A stretch of DNA of 64,000 nt from an uncultured Planctomycetaceae bacterium (GCA_963833985.1 CAWIAD010000002.1:3072001-3136000); one strand, 5' to 3'; positions 49,048 through 59,949 are shown, counted from the first letter of the stretch. A program made the numbers and translations. Notes: generated from the letters alone by a model not told the origin.

Positions 49048-51630
49048 TCATACGGGTGGTGGCGGAAGAATCGGCGGCCTTGCCAGCGCCCGTGCAGCCG
49101 GAGCGGGGCGCTGCGGCAGCAGGATGCGGAAGTTGCTCCCCTCGCCCTTGCGGCTTTCGACCTCGATGCGTCCGCCATGGCCGGAGATGATGCCGTGGCT
49201 GATGGCCAAACCCAGTCCGGTTCCCTCGCCCACCGGCTTGGTCGTGAAGAACGGATCAAAGATCCGCTGGCGATGGTCCGGCTCGATGCCCGGACCGTTA
49301 TCGCTCACGCTGATGGCGACCCAGGGTCCCATCAGGCGGCCCTCCACCGTGATCCGTCCGCCATCGTGCCGGCCCGCGCCCTCGATCGCCTGAAGCGCGT
49401 TGATGAGCAGGTTGAGCAGTACCTGGCCGATCTGGTCGGCCACACCCTCGACCGGGGGCAGATCGTCGATTTTCACCACCACCTCAACGTGTTCCCGCTG
49501 GAGGCGGCCATGCATCATCTCCAGCGTGTTCTCCACCAGCTCCACCAGCGAGAACGGCTCCCACTGCGGTGGCGATGTCCGGGCGAGCCCGCGCATCTTC
49601 TCGACAATTCCGGCCACTCGTTTCACGCCCACCCGCGTTCGCTCGATCATCGGGCCCAGGTTTTCGCGAATATAGGGCCAATCGATGTCGACGGCGAACT
49701 CATCGAGCGGCTCGAACTCCAGCCGGGCGGCCGGATCAAGACGCTCCCGCGCCTGCTCGTAAAGCTGAACCATGCGGAGCAGGAAGCCCAGCTCCCGTTG
49801 CAGCACCACCAGGTTATTCAGCACGTAGGCCAGCGGGTTATTGATCTCGTGAGCGACCCCCGCGCTCAGGAGCCCGATCGACGCCAGCTTGTCGGTGTGC
49901 GCCAGCATTGCGTGCATCCGCTGCCGCTCGGTCTGGTCGCGGATCGAAGCGATGTACTGGGGCTGGCCATCGTGCACCACCGCGCTCAGCGATAGCTCCA
50001 GCGGGAACTCGGTGCCGTCCTGCTTGCGGCCGGAGAGCTCCTCTGTCTTGCCCACCAGCGGCGAGAGCTGAGGTGCACGAGCGTCCTCGCGGTCCCCGTC
50101 GCGCGGCTCGCCTGCGCTCTGGCCGTCTGCTCCGTACGGCTCCCATGCGGGGAAGACACCCGGGATCAGCAGCTCCAAGGGCTGTCCGAGAACCTGGCGC
50201 GGTTCGTAACCAAAAATCTTCTCGGCCGCCGGGTTGAACAGGCTGATCCGGCCTTCAGCGTCGGCCGCGATGATGGCGTCGAGGCTCCCCTCGGCAAGCT
50301 GGCGATACCTGGCCTCGGATTCGGACAGCGCCCGGTTCTTCAGCTCCATCTCCTGGGCGTTGCGCATCTGGGCCTCGGCAAACTCGCGGCGCGTTCGCTC
50401 CAGCGCCTTGCGCTCGGTGATGTCCCGGAGGATCGCCAGCACGGCAATCTGGCGATCGAAATGGATTGTCGAGGTGGTCACCTCCACGGGGATGATCCGC
50501 CCGCTCTTGGTCCGGTGCAGGCCCTCGCAGCGCAACGTGCCCTGCTGGAGCTGGTAATGCAGCCGTTCCTGGAAGCCGGCGGCGAACTCCGGAGCGTCGA
50601 TCTGGCTGGTGGACATGCCCACGAGCTCCTCACGCGTGTAGCCGAGCTGGCGGCAGGCCGCGGCGTTGGCGTCGAGGATTCGTCCCTCCTGGTCATGCAC
50701 GAATACCGCATCGTGGATCCCGTCGAAGAGCGCGCGGGCGCGGCGCTCGGACTCGACCAGGGCAGCTTCAGCCTGGCTGCGCTTCGATACGTCTTGAAGC
50801 ACGCTCCGCAACCCCGAGATCCGGCCATCGGCATCGCGGCGTTCCCGCTCCTGAATCTCCACGACCAGGTCGCGGCCATCGCGCGTCACCAGAACTTGCT
50901 GGTACACCTCCAGGGGCAAGCTGCCGGCCAGCTTGGACTTCAGCCTTTGACCGGCCAGCGCGCGTTCGGCCGGCCTGATCAGATCCAGCACCGACCGGCC
51001 CAGCAGTTCTTCCTTGTCGTACCCCAGCAACTCGCAGGCGGTCCGATTGATGCTCACGATCCGCGCCTCCAGATCGATCGCATGGTAACCCACAGGCGCC
51101 TCGTCGTAGAGCGCGCGATAGCGCTGTTCCGACTTCCGCAGGGCCTCCTCCGCGCACATGCGCTCCGAGATGTCGGTCACGAACGCGTACACGCCGCGGG
51201 GGACGCCCTGCTCGTCACGAAACGCGTCGAGGATCAGCTCGACCGGCACCAGCGTCCCATCCTTGCGGCGATAGAACTTGACGGCACGCTCGTTCTTGCC
51301 CGTCGCCAGCACCTCCAGATGGTATTTCCGCGTCAACTCCCGCGATTCCGGCGCGGTGACATCCATGATCGACATCGAGAGCAGCTCGTCGCGCGTGTAG
51401 CCGACCAGGCGGCAGAATGCGTCATTGATCTGAACGATGCGCTGCTCCAGGTCGGCAACCGCGAACGGCTGCGGCCCTTCCTCGAGGAGACGGTAGAGCC
51501 AGCGCCCGCGCACGCCGCGGGAGTCCTGCGGATCGTTGAGCAATTGCCGGAGATCCTCGGCATTGCCCTGCACCGCGGCCTCGGTCGCAGACGCGGGTAT
51601 CGGCTCCTCTGGCTTGGCGATGGAATTCAC
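49048..51630 (-). CDS. Cytoplasmic multi-PAS (4) histidine kinase
   Basis: Four PAS S-box repeats (N.A....GY...EL, D.T/SERK), AHEINNP, NLLINA, DNGPGI, FFTTKP.GEGTGLGL. Start uncertain (51630 or 51714). Confidence 0.92.
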   Translation of the reverse strand: MNSIAKPEEPIPASATEAAVQGNAEDLRQLLNDPQDSRGVRGRWLYRLLEEGPQPFAVADLEQRIVQINDAFCRLVGYTRDELLSMSIMDVTAPESRELTRKYHLEVLATGKNERAVKFYRRKDGTLVPVELILDAFRDEQGVPRGVYAFVTDISERMCAEEALRKSEQRYRALYDEAPVGYHAIDLEARIVSINRTACELLGYDKEELLGRSVLDLIRPAERALAGQRLKSKLAGSLPLEVYQQVLVTRDGRDLVVEIQERERRDADGRISGLRSVLQDVSKRSQAEAALVESERRARALFDGIHDAVFVHDQEGRILDANAAACRQLGYTREELVGMSTSQIDAPEFAAGFQERLHYQLQQGTLRCEGLHRTKSGRIIPVEVTTSTIHFDRQIAVLAILRDITERKALERTRREFAEAQMRNAQEMELKNRALSESEARYRQLAEGSLDAIIAADAEGRISLFNPAAEKIFGYEPRQVLGQPLELLIPGVFPAWEPYGADGQSAGEPRDGDREDARAPQLSPLVGKTEELSGRKQDGTEFPLELSLSAVVHDGQPQYIASIRDQTERQRMHAMLAHTDKLASIGLLSAGVAHEINNPLAYVLNNLVVLQRELGFLLRMVQLYEQARERLDPAARLEFEPLDEFAVDIDWPYIRENLGPMIERTRVGVKRVAGIVEKMRGLARTSPPQWEPFSLVELVENTLEMMHGRLQREHVEVVVKIDDLPPVEGVADQIGQVLLNLLINALQAIEGAGRHDGGRITVEGRLMGPWVAISVSDNGPGIEPDHRQRIFDPFFTTKPVGEGTGLGLAISHGIISGHGGRIEVESRKGEGSNFRILLPQRPAPAARALARPPILPPPPV

Positions 51631-51819
51631 GGCAACACTCGTGAGACGTGCGGACAGTCGTGCCCGTATCTGCACCAGTATAACGACAGAACGGAAGCGG
51701 ATCGAAGGCTCCATGACCCCGATGTGCGGGAAATCACGGAGTTCGGGCGCCCATCCGGACCGGACTGAGCGTGCGGAAAGATCGCAGAACCGTGCGCTCC
51801 CACAGCCCAGAAGCCGCTC

Positions 51820-52821
51820 TCAGAAGCCCAGCCAGGCGCCGATGCGGCGCAGGAATCCCTGCTTCTGAGGCTGCGCCGTCCGGTCGGCCATCACCTCGGC
51901 GGGATGGGTCCATGGTCCAGGAGCGCTTTCCTGGAACCGGATGAGACCGTCCTGGTGGGAAGGGGGCTCGGTTTTCCTCGCCAGCGATTGCGACTGGAGT
52001 GCCTCGAGGTGAGCCAGCAGCGTCCTGGCGGTCGTGCCGCGCGCGGCCAGAAGCTGGGAGAGTGGCCTGGGACGGGCGCCGCCGCGTCCCTGGGCCAGGT
52101 ACTCCAGCAACAGCGGCTTGCCGCGTTGCGGATCGGCGAGCATCATATGCACCCACGCCCAGGACTCCCGGTAGTCGCGCGGAGTCATGTCGTGGATGTC
52201 GGTGAGCGACTCCAGCCGGGCCAGGTCCGGTGCCCAGCCCTTCTTGAGGTCATCCGGTATCCTGGACAGATGCTCATCCTGAGCGTCGATCGTGTCGGTT
52301 CTGGTCTCGAAGTACTCGGCCAGCCCCTCGTCGAGCCAGAGCGGCAGATCGCCGTAGCAGCCGCGGACTAGGGCGTGCGTCGCCTCGTGCCGCAGGTCCT
52401 CCTCGAGCCGGTCGCTCAGGTAGGTGTAGACGACGCGCCGCGGCCCCTGGGCCAGAAAGAAGGCGCGCCGCGTGGGGAGTTCGGGAAAATAGAATTTGAG
52501 GAAGTGCGCGTACGCGTTGCGACTGTCCAGCACATAGATCTCGACGGGTTCGTCGTCGGTTCCGGAGCGGTAGTCGAGCCGGCTGCTCAGGTCCGTCTCC
52601 AGCGCGTGCAGGCAGCGGATCGACGGCGAATCGGCCGGCAGCGGCGTGCTGGAATAGACCAAAAAGGGGCCAGTACGGATCTGGTACCGAGTAGGGACCA
52701 GGGCCCGAGCTTCTCCATGCTCGCCCAGTGTGGCGCAGCCGGCCACGAGCACGAGCGGGACCAGTGCAACCCAGGGCCGGGATGTCTTGCCGTAAAGACG
52801 GATCCGGGTTGGTTCGCTCAT
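51820..52821 (-). CDS. DUF1570 zincin-like lipoprotein
   Basis: Lipobox VAGC; HEATH, PLWLDEGLAEYFE, Y..SWAWVH. Confidence 0.8.
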   Translation of the reverse strand: MSEPTRIRLYGKTSRPWVALVPLVLVAGCATLGEHGEARALVPTRYQIRTGPFLVYSSTPLPADSPSIRCLHALETDLSSRLDYRSGTDDEPVEIYVLDSRNAYAHFLKFYFPELPTRRAFFLAQGPRRVVYTYLSDRLEEDLRHEATHALVRGCYGDLPLWLDEGLAEYFETRTDTIDAQDEHLSRIPDDLKKGWAPDLARLESLTDIHDMTPRDYRESWAWVHMMLADPQRGKPLLLEYLAQGRGGARPRPLSQLLAARGTTARTLLAHLEALQSQSLARKTEPPSHQDGLIRFQESAPGPWTHPAEVMADRTAQPQKQGFLRRIGAWLGF

Positions 52822-52844
52822 GCATGGGCTCCCGAGTTCCGGAT

Positions 52845-54633
52845 TCAGGAGAGGGGCCGTCCGCGCCGCTGGTTCCGCGCCCGCTTGGCCAGAACGGCAC
52901 GTTCCGTGCTCTTCCAGACGCTCTTCCAGTCGGAGAGCGGAGACAGGCCCCAGGGCAGGTAGGCGCGGAGGAAGCGGAGCGCTTCGGTGCGAGTTCGCCC
53001 CACGGCGCCCGCCAGGCTGACGCTCAGCCGAGCCAGGTTCTTGATGCGTCGTCGCTGCGGAACCGGATGCATCAGGCGGACGCCCACCAGGTCGATCAGG
53101 CTCAGGAAATCGCCGGAATCCAGGCGGTCCAGATGGACCAGGATATTGGTCGCTTTCAAGTCGCGGTGCGATAGCGAGCGCTCGTGGAGGTTGCGAATCA
53201 GGTGGGCCAGCGCCAGGTTGAGGTGGCGCACCCGGTGGCGGCGCGACGGCTCATCGAGCGCGGGGAGGAGCTTGCGCCACGTACTCCGCGAGCGTCGTGA
53301 CATGGTCGTGCTTGATCGTCGCCAGGTAGGTCTCGTGCGGCAGAAACCAGCAGAGTGGGCTGGACCCGAACGGCCGCTTGCGTGCCAGAAAGAGCAGGTT
53401 TCGCGGCGTGGAGATGCCTCGGCTGACCAGGTGCTGCCCGGCCTGCCAGGACCGCCAGGCGCACGACGGCCGCACCAGATTCAGCCAGGGATCGATCCAT
53501 TTCTTCCGGTTGAACCGCTTGTAGATCACGCGGGCGGGCCGGCCATCGACGCTCATGGTGACCTCGGCGACCGTCGAGGTGCGCGAGTTCTTGAGCACAA
53601 TCGTCCCCGGCGCGGAGAACGGCGCGTCCGGATCGGCCAGCAACAACTCCACCTCCGAGCCGTCCAGTTCACGTGCGGCGATGGACCAGGCATGCGGGCC
53701 CTGAAAAAGCTGAAAGTACTTGTTGCTGGAACAGCAACGGCGGCCCCAGCGCCGCCAGAGCCGCTCGGCCCAGGCGCGCGTCGAGCTTTCGATGCCCGCG
53801 GCGAACCGCCGCGGATCGGCGATCGTCTCCGTCCGGTTTTCCATGTAAGTCCGGAAGAACCGCAGGCAGTCGGACCGGCTGCACCGCAGCCAGAAATAAT
53901 GATGCAGCAGGGCCAGGTTCTGCTGCGCCGCGGTCCAGCTCATGCGCCCCTTCTTGTTGCTGCGCAGGGCATCAAGATCAATCATCGTCAGGACGGGCAT
54001 CTGCTCCACGTTCAGGTGAACCAGGACATTTCCGGGATGAAAATCGATGTGCGCCATGCCAGCGTTGTGCAGCCGCGCGGTGAGCACCGCCAGGGCCCTC
54101 GCCAGGCGATGGCGGATCTGCGAGCGCAGGGGCTCGGCGTAGCCGTCCAGCCGCTCCTCGATGAACTCGTCGAGCGCCACGGTTCCCGGGATCTCCCAGG
54201 TGACGAGATAGTTCTCGAAGAGGAACTTGCGGTGCCTTTGCTCGCCCAGCGCAATGGGATGGATGGTCGGGATGCCGATCGCCGCGAGCACTTCCGATCG
54301 TTTTCCCTCATTTCGTCCCTTGCCGCGACGCACCCACTGCCGGACCATGGCTCGGTAGTCGGGCACGAGATAGTGCTTGATGTAGATGGCGCCCTCGGGA
54401 AGGTCGACCCGGTAGACGACCCGGTGCGGGCCCGACTTGACGGTTCGCAACCGTCCCTCGTCGCGCCACTGGGCAAGCCGCAGCCCGTCCGGCCCAAGCA
54501 GCATCTCCTCCCAGGGCCCGCGCAGCCACCAGCCCACCGGGCCGGTCTGCACCCACCGCCAGTCGGGGGGCTGAAACATCCGTTGCAGGCCCGTCGTGGT
54601 CGTATCCTCGTCTGCCTTGACGTTGATCAGCAT
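52845..54633 (-). CDS. Lipopolysaccharide kinase (Kdo/WaaP/InaA family), two tandem kinase domains; frameshift ~53270
   Basis: H.DFHPGNVL..IDL in domain 1 and HRDLKATNIL..LIDL in domain 2; each followed by NLA.L and R.D/E.LRF...Y. Confidence 0.85.
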
Positions 54634-54675
54634 ATACGATGGCTACAGTAGCAGCCGAGTGCCGGCTTGGTCCTC

Positions 54676-55830
54676 TCAGGTGTCATCGCGTTCGCCTCCG
54701 GACCAGGCGCGAGACACGACACGGTGAAAGCCGCCAGAACGTCGGGAGCGCAGGAAGAACGGATCGGGAATCGCCCTCGAGGCCGCGCGGCCCAGTGGCG
54801 CTGGCTCCTGTGGAACCGCTGGCTCGACAGCGCTTACCGAGTCCACAAAGGCGCTTGCCCACGCCTCCGTGGAGTATCCGGCCTGCACCCGGCTCCGCGC
54901 CGTCTGCCCCATGGCTTGCCTCAATGCGGGATCGCCACAGAGCGTGCGTATCGCCTCAATCCAGTCATCAACCGCCCGCGGTAGGAAGCCCGTTTGGCCG
55001 GGTTCCACCAGCTCCACATGCATGCCGAAGGGATTGGCGACCACGGGCAGCCCGGCCGCCTGGTACTGGAGCACCTTGAGCCCGCACTTTCCCTGACTCC
55101 ACGAGTCCTCGGGCAGCCAGCTCACGCCGATCTGACCGGCCGCCAGGTCGCGCGCTTCCCACGCTTGCGACCAGGGCACAGGCACAATCGGCAGCGCTCC
55201 GAAATCGGGGAAGCGGTCACAAATCACTCGCAACCTCAAGCCCGGGATCTCCCGGCCCAGCCGGTCCCAGAGCGAGTGCTGCTGCTCGAGGCCCCGGAGC
55301 GTGCTCGAAGAGCCGATCCAGACCAGGTCGCACCCGCGCGACGCACCGCGCGGCCGCTCGGCCACGGCACGCTGCGGATAAAGCTCGGGGTCCACACAGG
55401 TCGGGATCATCCGGACGCGCGCCGCGGGCGCTCCGGACCGCAGCGCACAGTCGGCCAGGAAGTCATTCCCCGCAATCACCACGTCGGCGGCTTGCACGGT
55501 GGACTCGAACCGCTTCTGCCGGACCCGCGACTCAGTGCCCCGGCGGGCAAACGAGTCGCGGAACAGGACCGCGTCGTCGAAGTCGAACACCAGGTGCCGC
55601 GCGTGCTTGCGGAGGATCGCAAGCTGCCACCCCGGCAACAACCGGCGCTGCATGATCACCGCATCGTACGAGGAAACCGAGGAGAGCTGGGCAACGCGTG
55701 CAAGCAGCGAACGTTTCCACGGCCAGCAGTCGAGAGACCAGCCGGCGCGAGTGAGCGCCGGCGCGAATGCCCGGATACGATATCGGCAGCAGACGTGGTC
55801 CGGTGCGTCGACCAGGGCAAGAAGTCTCAT
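54676..55830 (-). CDS. Glycosyltransferase family 4
   Basis: RYRI, FDFDDA, AGN.FL, WIGS, GKCGLKVLQY.AAGLPVVA.P.G. Confidence 0.9.
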   Translation of the reverse strand: MRLLALVDAPDHVCCRYRIRAFAPALTRAGWSLDCWPWKRSLLARVAQLSSVSSYDAVIMQRRLLPGWQLAILRKHARHLVFDFDDAVLFRDSFARRGTESRVRQKRFESTVQAADVVIAGNDFLADCALRSGAPAARVRMIPTCVDPELYPQRAVAERPRGASRGCDLVWIGSSSTLRGLEQQHSLWDRLGREIPGLRLRVICDRFPDFGALPIVPVPWSQAWEARDLAAGQIGVSWLPEDSWSQGKCGLKVLQYQAAGLPVVANPFGMHVELVEPGQTGFLPRAVDDWIEAIRTLCGDPALRQAMGQTARSRVQAGYSTEAWASAFVDSVSAVEPAVPQEPAPLGRAASRAIPDPFFLRSRRSGGFHRVVSRAWSGGERDDT

Positions 55831-56145
55831 ACCGTCCTCCGTGACGGCGGGGCGGCCTGGAAGCTGCGGCGCAAAAAGCCCGATCCCTCACGCCGAAGCG
55901 ATCTTAGTCATCCCCTATAAAAAAGCAAGGCGGAATGAAGGATCCGGGCAAGGTAAGCTGCAAGGCTTGGCTCTGCCGCGGGGGGGGCCGGCGAGAGACG
56001 GGTAAATGGCAGCCAGCGACCAACTCGGATTGCTGAGGCGGGGCTTTCCTGGTAGGGATACGGCCGCTCGATGGTCGGAGCTCGCCCTGACGCTCCGAGC
56101 ATGCACGGAAGCTTGTCGGGCGACCTCACGGCGACGTTGTTGCAC

Positions 56146-58389
56146 ATGAAGAACTTCGTTCGGCTGGTACGCTTTGCCTGGCCACATCGCTACCGTTTCC
56201 TGATCTCCGTCGCGTGTGCCGCGATGGTGGCCCTCTTCTTCTTCACCGAGCTGGCGGCGGTGCTGCCGCTTCTGAACATCCTGTTCAAGAGTGAGAACCC
56301 CCAGCGCTGGGTTTCCAGCAAGATCGATGCGGTGGGCGAGCGCATCATTCTTCTTGATGCGCAGGCCGAGGAAGCTCGGAAGTTCCTCAGGGCCGGGGAG
56401 GCCGGAGATCTTCAGGCACCGGAGATCGCGCGTGAGTACCGTGAGCTGGACGACCAGGCTGCCGAGATGCGCAGCAAGCTCAATGAACACCAGCGCGCCG
56501 TGGACATGCCCGATCTGAAAGGGTTCTCGCCGCAGTTTGTCAAGAAAGAGCTGGCCGAGATCGAGGTCCTGCAAAAACGACTCGACATCGTCGACGGCCG
56601 CCTCGCCGAGCTGCGCCGGGGTAGTAACTGGCTCAAGGCCGGCGATCTGGCGTCGATCCGATATCGTCTGGTACAGCTCAAGCAAGAGACAGGAGACGAG
56701 CAAAAATGGCTGGGGAGGTATCAGCGGCTGAAGCCGCTGGTATTCCGCTATCTCCCCTCCGACGCGTTTCGCAACCTGCTGCTCCTGATCGGCCTGGTGA
56801 TCCTTGGCGTGGCCGTCAAGGGGTTCTTCATGTTCCTCCAGGAGGTGCTGGTCGCGGACGTCATGCAGCGCACGCAGTTTGACATCCGCAACCTGTTCTT
56901 CCGCCGCACGATCAACCTGGACCCGGGAAGCTTCTCCGACCAGGGGTCCGCCGAGCTGATGGCCCGGTTCACCAACGACATGGACTCCTTTGGCCAGGGC
57001 CTTGTCACGTTGCTCAGCAAGCTGATCCGCGAGCCGATGCGCGTGGTCTTTTGTCTGAGCGGAGCGCTTTATCTCAACTGGCGGCTCACCTGCCTGACGC
57101 TCGTGGTCGTTCCCATCTCCGCGCTCACCACCGTGCGCGTCGGCCGGATCATGAAGCGCGCGATGAGGCGGTCGCTGGAGAGCATGTCGTCGATCTACAA
57201 GATCCTCCAGGAAAGCTTCCAGGGGATCCGTGTGGTCAAGGCCTTCGCCATGGAGCGGGTCGAGCGCAGGCGGTTCTTCATCGAGACCAAGAATTTCTAC
57301 CGCAAGGCGATCCGGGTGGCGATGATCGACGCCATGTCGGACCCGGTCCTGGAGATGCTCACCCTGGTCACTGTGGCCATCGCGCTGCTCGCGGGATCGT
57401 ACCTCGTGCTCAAGAAGACCATCTTCCTGAGCGTCGGCCCTTTTCACATTCAGCTTGCCTCCCAGGTCATGGCCATCGAGGAACTCTTGACCCTGTACGC
57501 CGTGCTGGCCGGCGCCTCCGACCCGATCCGCAAGCTGTCCAACGTGCATTCCAAGATCCAGCGCGCGGCCGCGGCCGCCGACCGGATCTGTGCCATGATG
57601 GATCGCGAACCGAAGGTCGTGGAGCGTCCCGACGCGATCGAACTGCCAAAACCCCCCCGAATCCTCGAGTTCCAGGACGTTCATTTCAGCTACCCCGGCC
57701 GTCCGCCCGTGCTGCAAGGCATATCGCTGGTGGTTCACCACGGCGAAACGGTTGCCCTGGTTGGCCCCAACGGCTGCGGCAAGACCACGCTCATGAACCT
57801 GCTGCCCCGGTTCTGGGACGTCGATTCCGGGTCCATCACGATTGATGGACACAACATCCGTGACCTGCGTATCCGCAATTTCCGCCGCCAGATCGGCATC
57901 GTCCCGCAAGAGACGATCCTGTTCCAGGATACCATCGCCCACAACATTGCCTACGGGGACCCGACCGCCAGCCGCGACCGTATCATCGAGGCCGCCCAGC
58001 GCGCCTACGCGCACCAGTTCATCACGACCCTTCCCGACGGCTACGACACGCTCATCGGCGAGCGCGGGCACGGCCTCTCCGGAGGCCAGCGTCAGCGCAT
58101 CGCCCTGGCACGCGCCATGCTTCGCGACCCCTCGATCCTGATCCTCGACGAGGCCACCAGCGCTGTGGATATCCAGGACGAGGCCCTGATCCGCAAGGCG
58201 ATCGAGGAGTTCTCGAAGGGCCGCACCACGTTCTTGATCTCGCACAGCCTGGGCACGATCCAGTTCGCCGACCGGATCATCCTCATCGACGACGGCCGCA
58301 TCGTCGCCTCGGGCACCGATCACGAGCTGCGCCGCAACTCGCCCTTGTACCGCCGGCTCTACGAGATCCATTACCAGCGGGGAGCCTGA
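56146..58389 (+). CDS. MsbA-like ABC exporter (fused permease + ATPase) with long periplasmic insertion
   Basis: RFTND, GIRVVKAF, GPNGCGKTT, LSGGQRQRIALARA, DEATSA. Confidence 0.92.
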   Translation: MKNFVRLVRFAWPHRYRFLISVACAAMVALFFFTELAAVLPLLNILFKSENPQRWVSSKIDAVGERIILLDAQAEEARKFLRAGEAGDLQAPEIAREYRELDDQAAEMRSKLNEHQRAVDMPDLKGFSPQFVKKELAEIEVLQKRLDIVDGRLAELRRGSNWLKAGDLASIRYRLVQLKQETGDEQKWLGRYQRLKPLVFRYLPSDAFRNLLLLIGLVILGVAVKGFFMFLQEVLVADVMQRTQFDIRNLFFRRTINLDPGSFSDQGSAELMARFTNDMDSFGQGLVTLLSKLIREPMRVVFCLSGALYLNWRLTCLTLVVVPISALTTVRVGRIMKRAMRRSLESMSSIYKILQESFQGIRVVKAFAMERVERRRFFIETKNFYRKAIRVAMIDAMSDPVLEMLTLVTVAIALLAGSYLVLKKTIFLSVGPFHIQLASQVMAIEELLTLYAVLAGASDPIRKLSNVHSKIQRAAAAADRICAMMDREPKVVERPDAIELPKPPRILEFQDVHFSYPGRPPVLQGISLVVHHGETVALVGPNGCGKTTLMNLLPRFWDVDSGSITIDGHNIRDLRIRNFRRQIGIVPQETILFQDTIAHNIAYGDPTASRDRIIEAAQRAYAHQFITTLPDGYDTLIGERGHGLSGGQRQRIALARAMLRDPSILILDEATSAVDIQDEALIRKAIEEFSKGRTTFLISHSLGTIQFADRIILIDDGRIVASGTDHELRRNSPLYRRLYEIHYQRGA

Positions 58390-58562
58390 GAAAGGGCGCG
58401 GCGCTCGCCAGTGGGCAATCGCGACGGTTGGTTCCACGAGATCGCACGGCCGCCGGTCGCGACAAAGTTCAGGAGCCGCGTCGAAGCAGTCAAGCCGCGC
58501 GCATTCATCGACCGATAGGTTCTCTGGTGACGGCTACGCTGCTCGCGCTTCACGATCATGAA

Positions 58563-58618
58563 GGGTGATGGAGTTCGCCCGACGTTGAACCGCTCCCCCG
58601 GGGGCTGATGACTCCTAC
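58563..58618 (+). ncRNA. Fluoride riboswitch (crcB motif) aptamer
   Basis: GGGTGATGGAGTTCGCCC ... AACCGC-hairpin-GCTGATGACTCCTAC matches the crcB-motif consensus (P1 GGGYGA/TCGCCC, GGAGT/ACTCC pseudoknot). Confidence 0.9.
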
Positions 58619-58655
58619 TGAAAGGCCGCTGGCCTGACGGTAGGCGTTTTTTTTT
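58614..58655 (+). terminator. Intrinsic terminator forming the riboswitch expression platform
   Basis: Stem CCTACTG..AGGCC-GCT-GGCCT..CGGTAGG followed by T9 (58647-58655); 5' arm overlaps the aptamer 3' end. Confidence 0.85.
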
Positions 58656-58718
58656 GCGCCACGTGCCAGCGGTTCAAGGGGTGTTTTCTTGGACCGACTC
58701 CTGCACAGTCCCTGGCGC

Positions 58719-59732
58719 ATGGGGATGCCGGCTCTGGCGGCCGTGCTGATCGTCCTGGGTGGCAGCGTCGTTGCCCAGGAAGGCCCTGCGCCCGATCCCG
58801 CGCAGCCGGGGGAGGCCAGACGCCTGTCCTTCTGGGAAGTTGCAGGCGAGTCGCTCGCCGGCGAGGCCTCCGTCGACCTCTGGACTCCGCTCTCCTGGCG
58901 CGGTCTCTTCACCGAAGGCTGGAACACTCCGTTTGTCTTCTCACCTCCCAGTGACTCAGGCGCTCTACGGCAGGAGTGGATCAACGCAGCCAACGGAGTA
59001 TTCTATCGCCAGTGGGTCCTCGATTACGCCTACCACAACCACGTTGGATCACACGGCGATCAACACATCGGCTCCTGGTTCATCTTCGCGCCGCTCAGCC
59101 GCCGCCTGGAAATCCTCTTCACCGTGCCGTTCGTCGATTACAGCCAGGCGGGCGCCGGCAGGAGCCCGAGTACACCGGGCAGCGGTCGCTCCGGCTCTGT
59201 AAATGGGGGAGGAGTCGGACGCTCCGGTAACGATCAGGGCGACATCGGCGATCTCAGCATCACGCCCCAGGTGCTGGTCCACGAGACGCGCAACACATCA
59301 ATCATGTCCATCATGACCATCCGTACGCCCACCGGAAGCCTCGCGCAGGACAATGGCCATACCTCGCTTGGACCGCAGATCCAGTTCTGGCAAGGCCTGC
59401 CCCGCCGCTGGGTGGTCCGGGGCGGTTGCGGCCCCACGATCCCGCTTGGCGATACGGGCCTGCGAACGACTTTCGACAGCAACTTGACCCTGGGCAAGTT
59501 TCTCACCATCGACGAATACCGCTACTTCAAGGAGTTCACGGTCTACCTCGCCGCCAACGCCTCCAGCTCGGTCGATCATCGCGGGCCGAACGCGACCACG
59601 CTCACCCTGCTGCCCGGGCTGCGGTTCCGGGTCACGCCGAATTACTGGCTTCTCTATGGGGTCGAGACCTCCCTGGTAGGCCCGGGCCATGAGGATTACG
59701 GCATGTATTTCCGCCTCGTGCGACGGTTTTGA
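58719..59732 (+). CDS. Secreted hypothetical protein, probable outer-membrane beta-barrel
   Basis: Signal peptide; alternating aromatic/hydrophobic strands; G.GDL..., RTPTG motifs; C-terminal Phe (YFRLVRRF). Confidence 0.7.
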   Translation: MGMPALAAVLIVLGGSVVAQEGPAPDPAQPGEARRLSFWEVAGESLAGEASVDLWTPLSWRGLFTEGWNTPFVFSPPSDSGALRQEWINAANGVFYRQWVLDYAYHNHVGSHGDQHIGSWFIFAPLSRRLEILFTVPFVDYSQAGAGRSPSTPGSGRSGSVNGGGVGRSGNDQGDIGDLSITPQVLVHETRNTSIMSIMTIRTPTGSLAQDNGHTSLGPQIQFWQGLPRRWVVRGGCGPTIPLGDTGLRTTFDSNLTLGKFLTIDEYRYFKEFTVYLAANASSSVDHRGPNATTLTLLPGLRFRVTPNYWLLYGVETSLVGPGHEDYGMYFRLVRRF

Positions 59733-59949
59733 GCCATCCTGGGGCCGCTTGCTTTCGGCGTGCTCACCGGGCGCCCGCAGCCGTCTGGCGCGGGACGATC
59801 CTGGTAACGCAGCGTCCCGTTGTCGATCTCAAGACGTGCTCGCCGCGCACAAAGCCTGAAGGGCAGGCAGGCAGGGAAGAGGAAAGCATTTCCCGGGTCT
59901 GCCAGCACTCTCCAGGCAAGGTGCCCGGCGCGATTGCGGATCCTGGTCA

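Noticed and set aside
55915..58437. 840-aa minus-strand ORF
   Set aside because: Antisense shadow of the MsbA-like ABC transporter, typical of GC-rich DNA.
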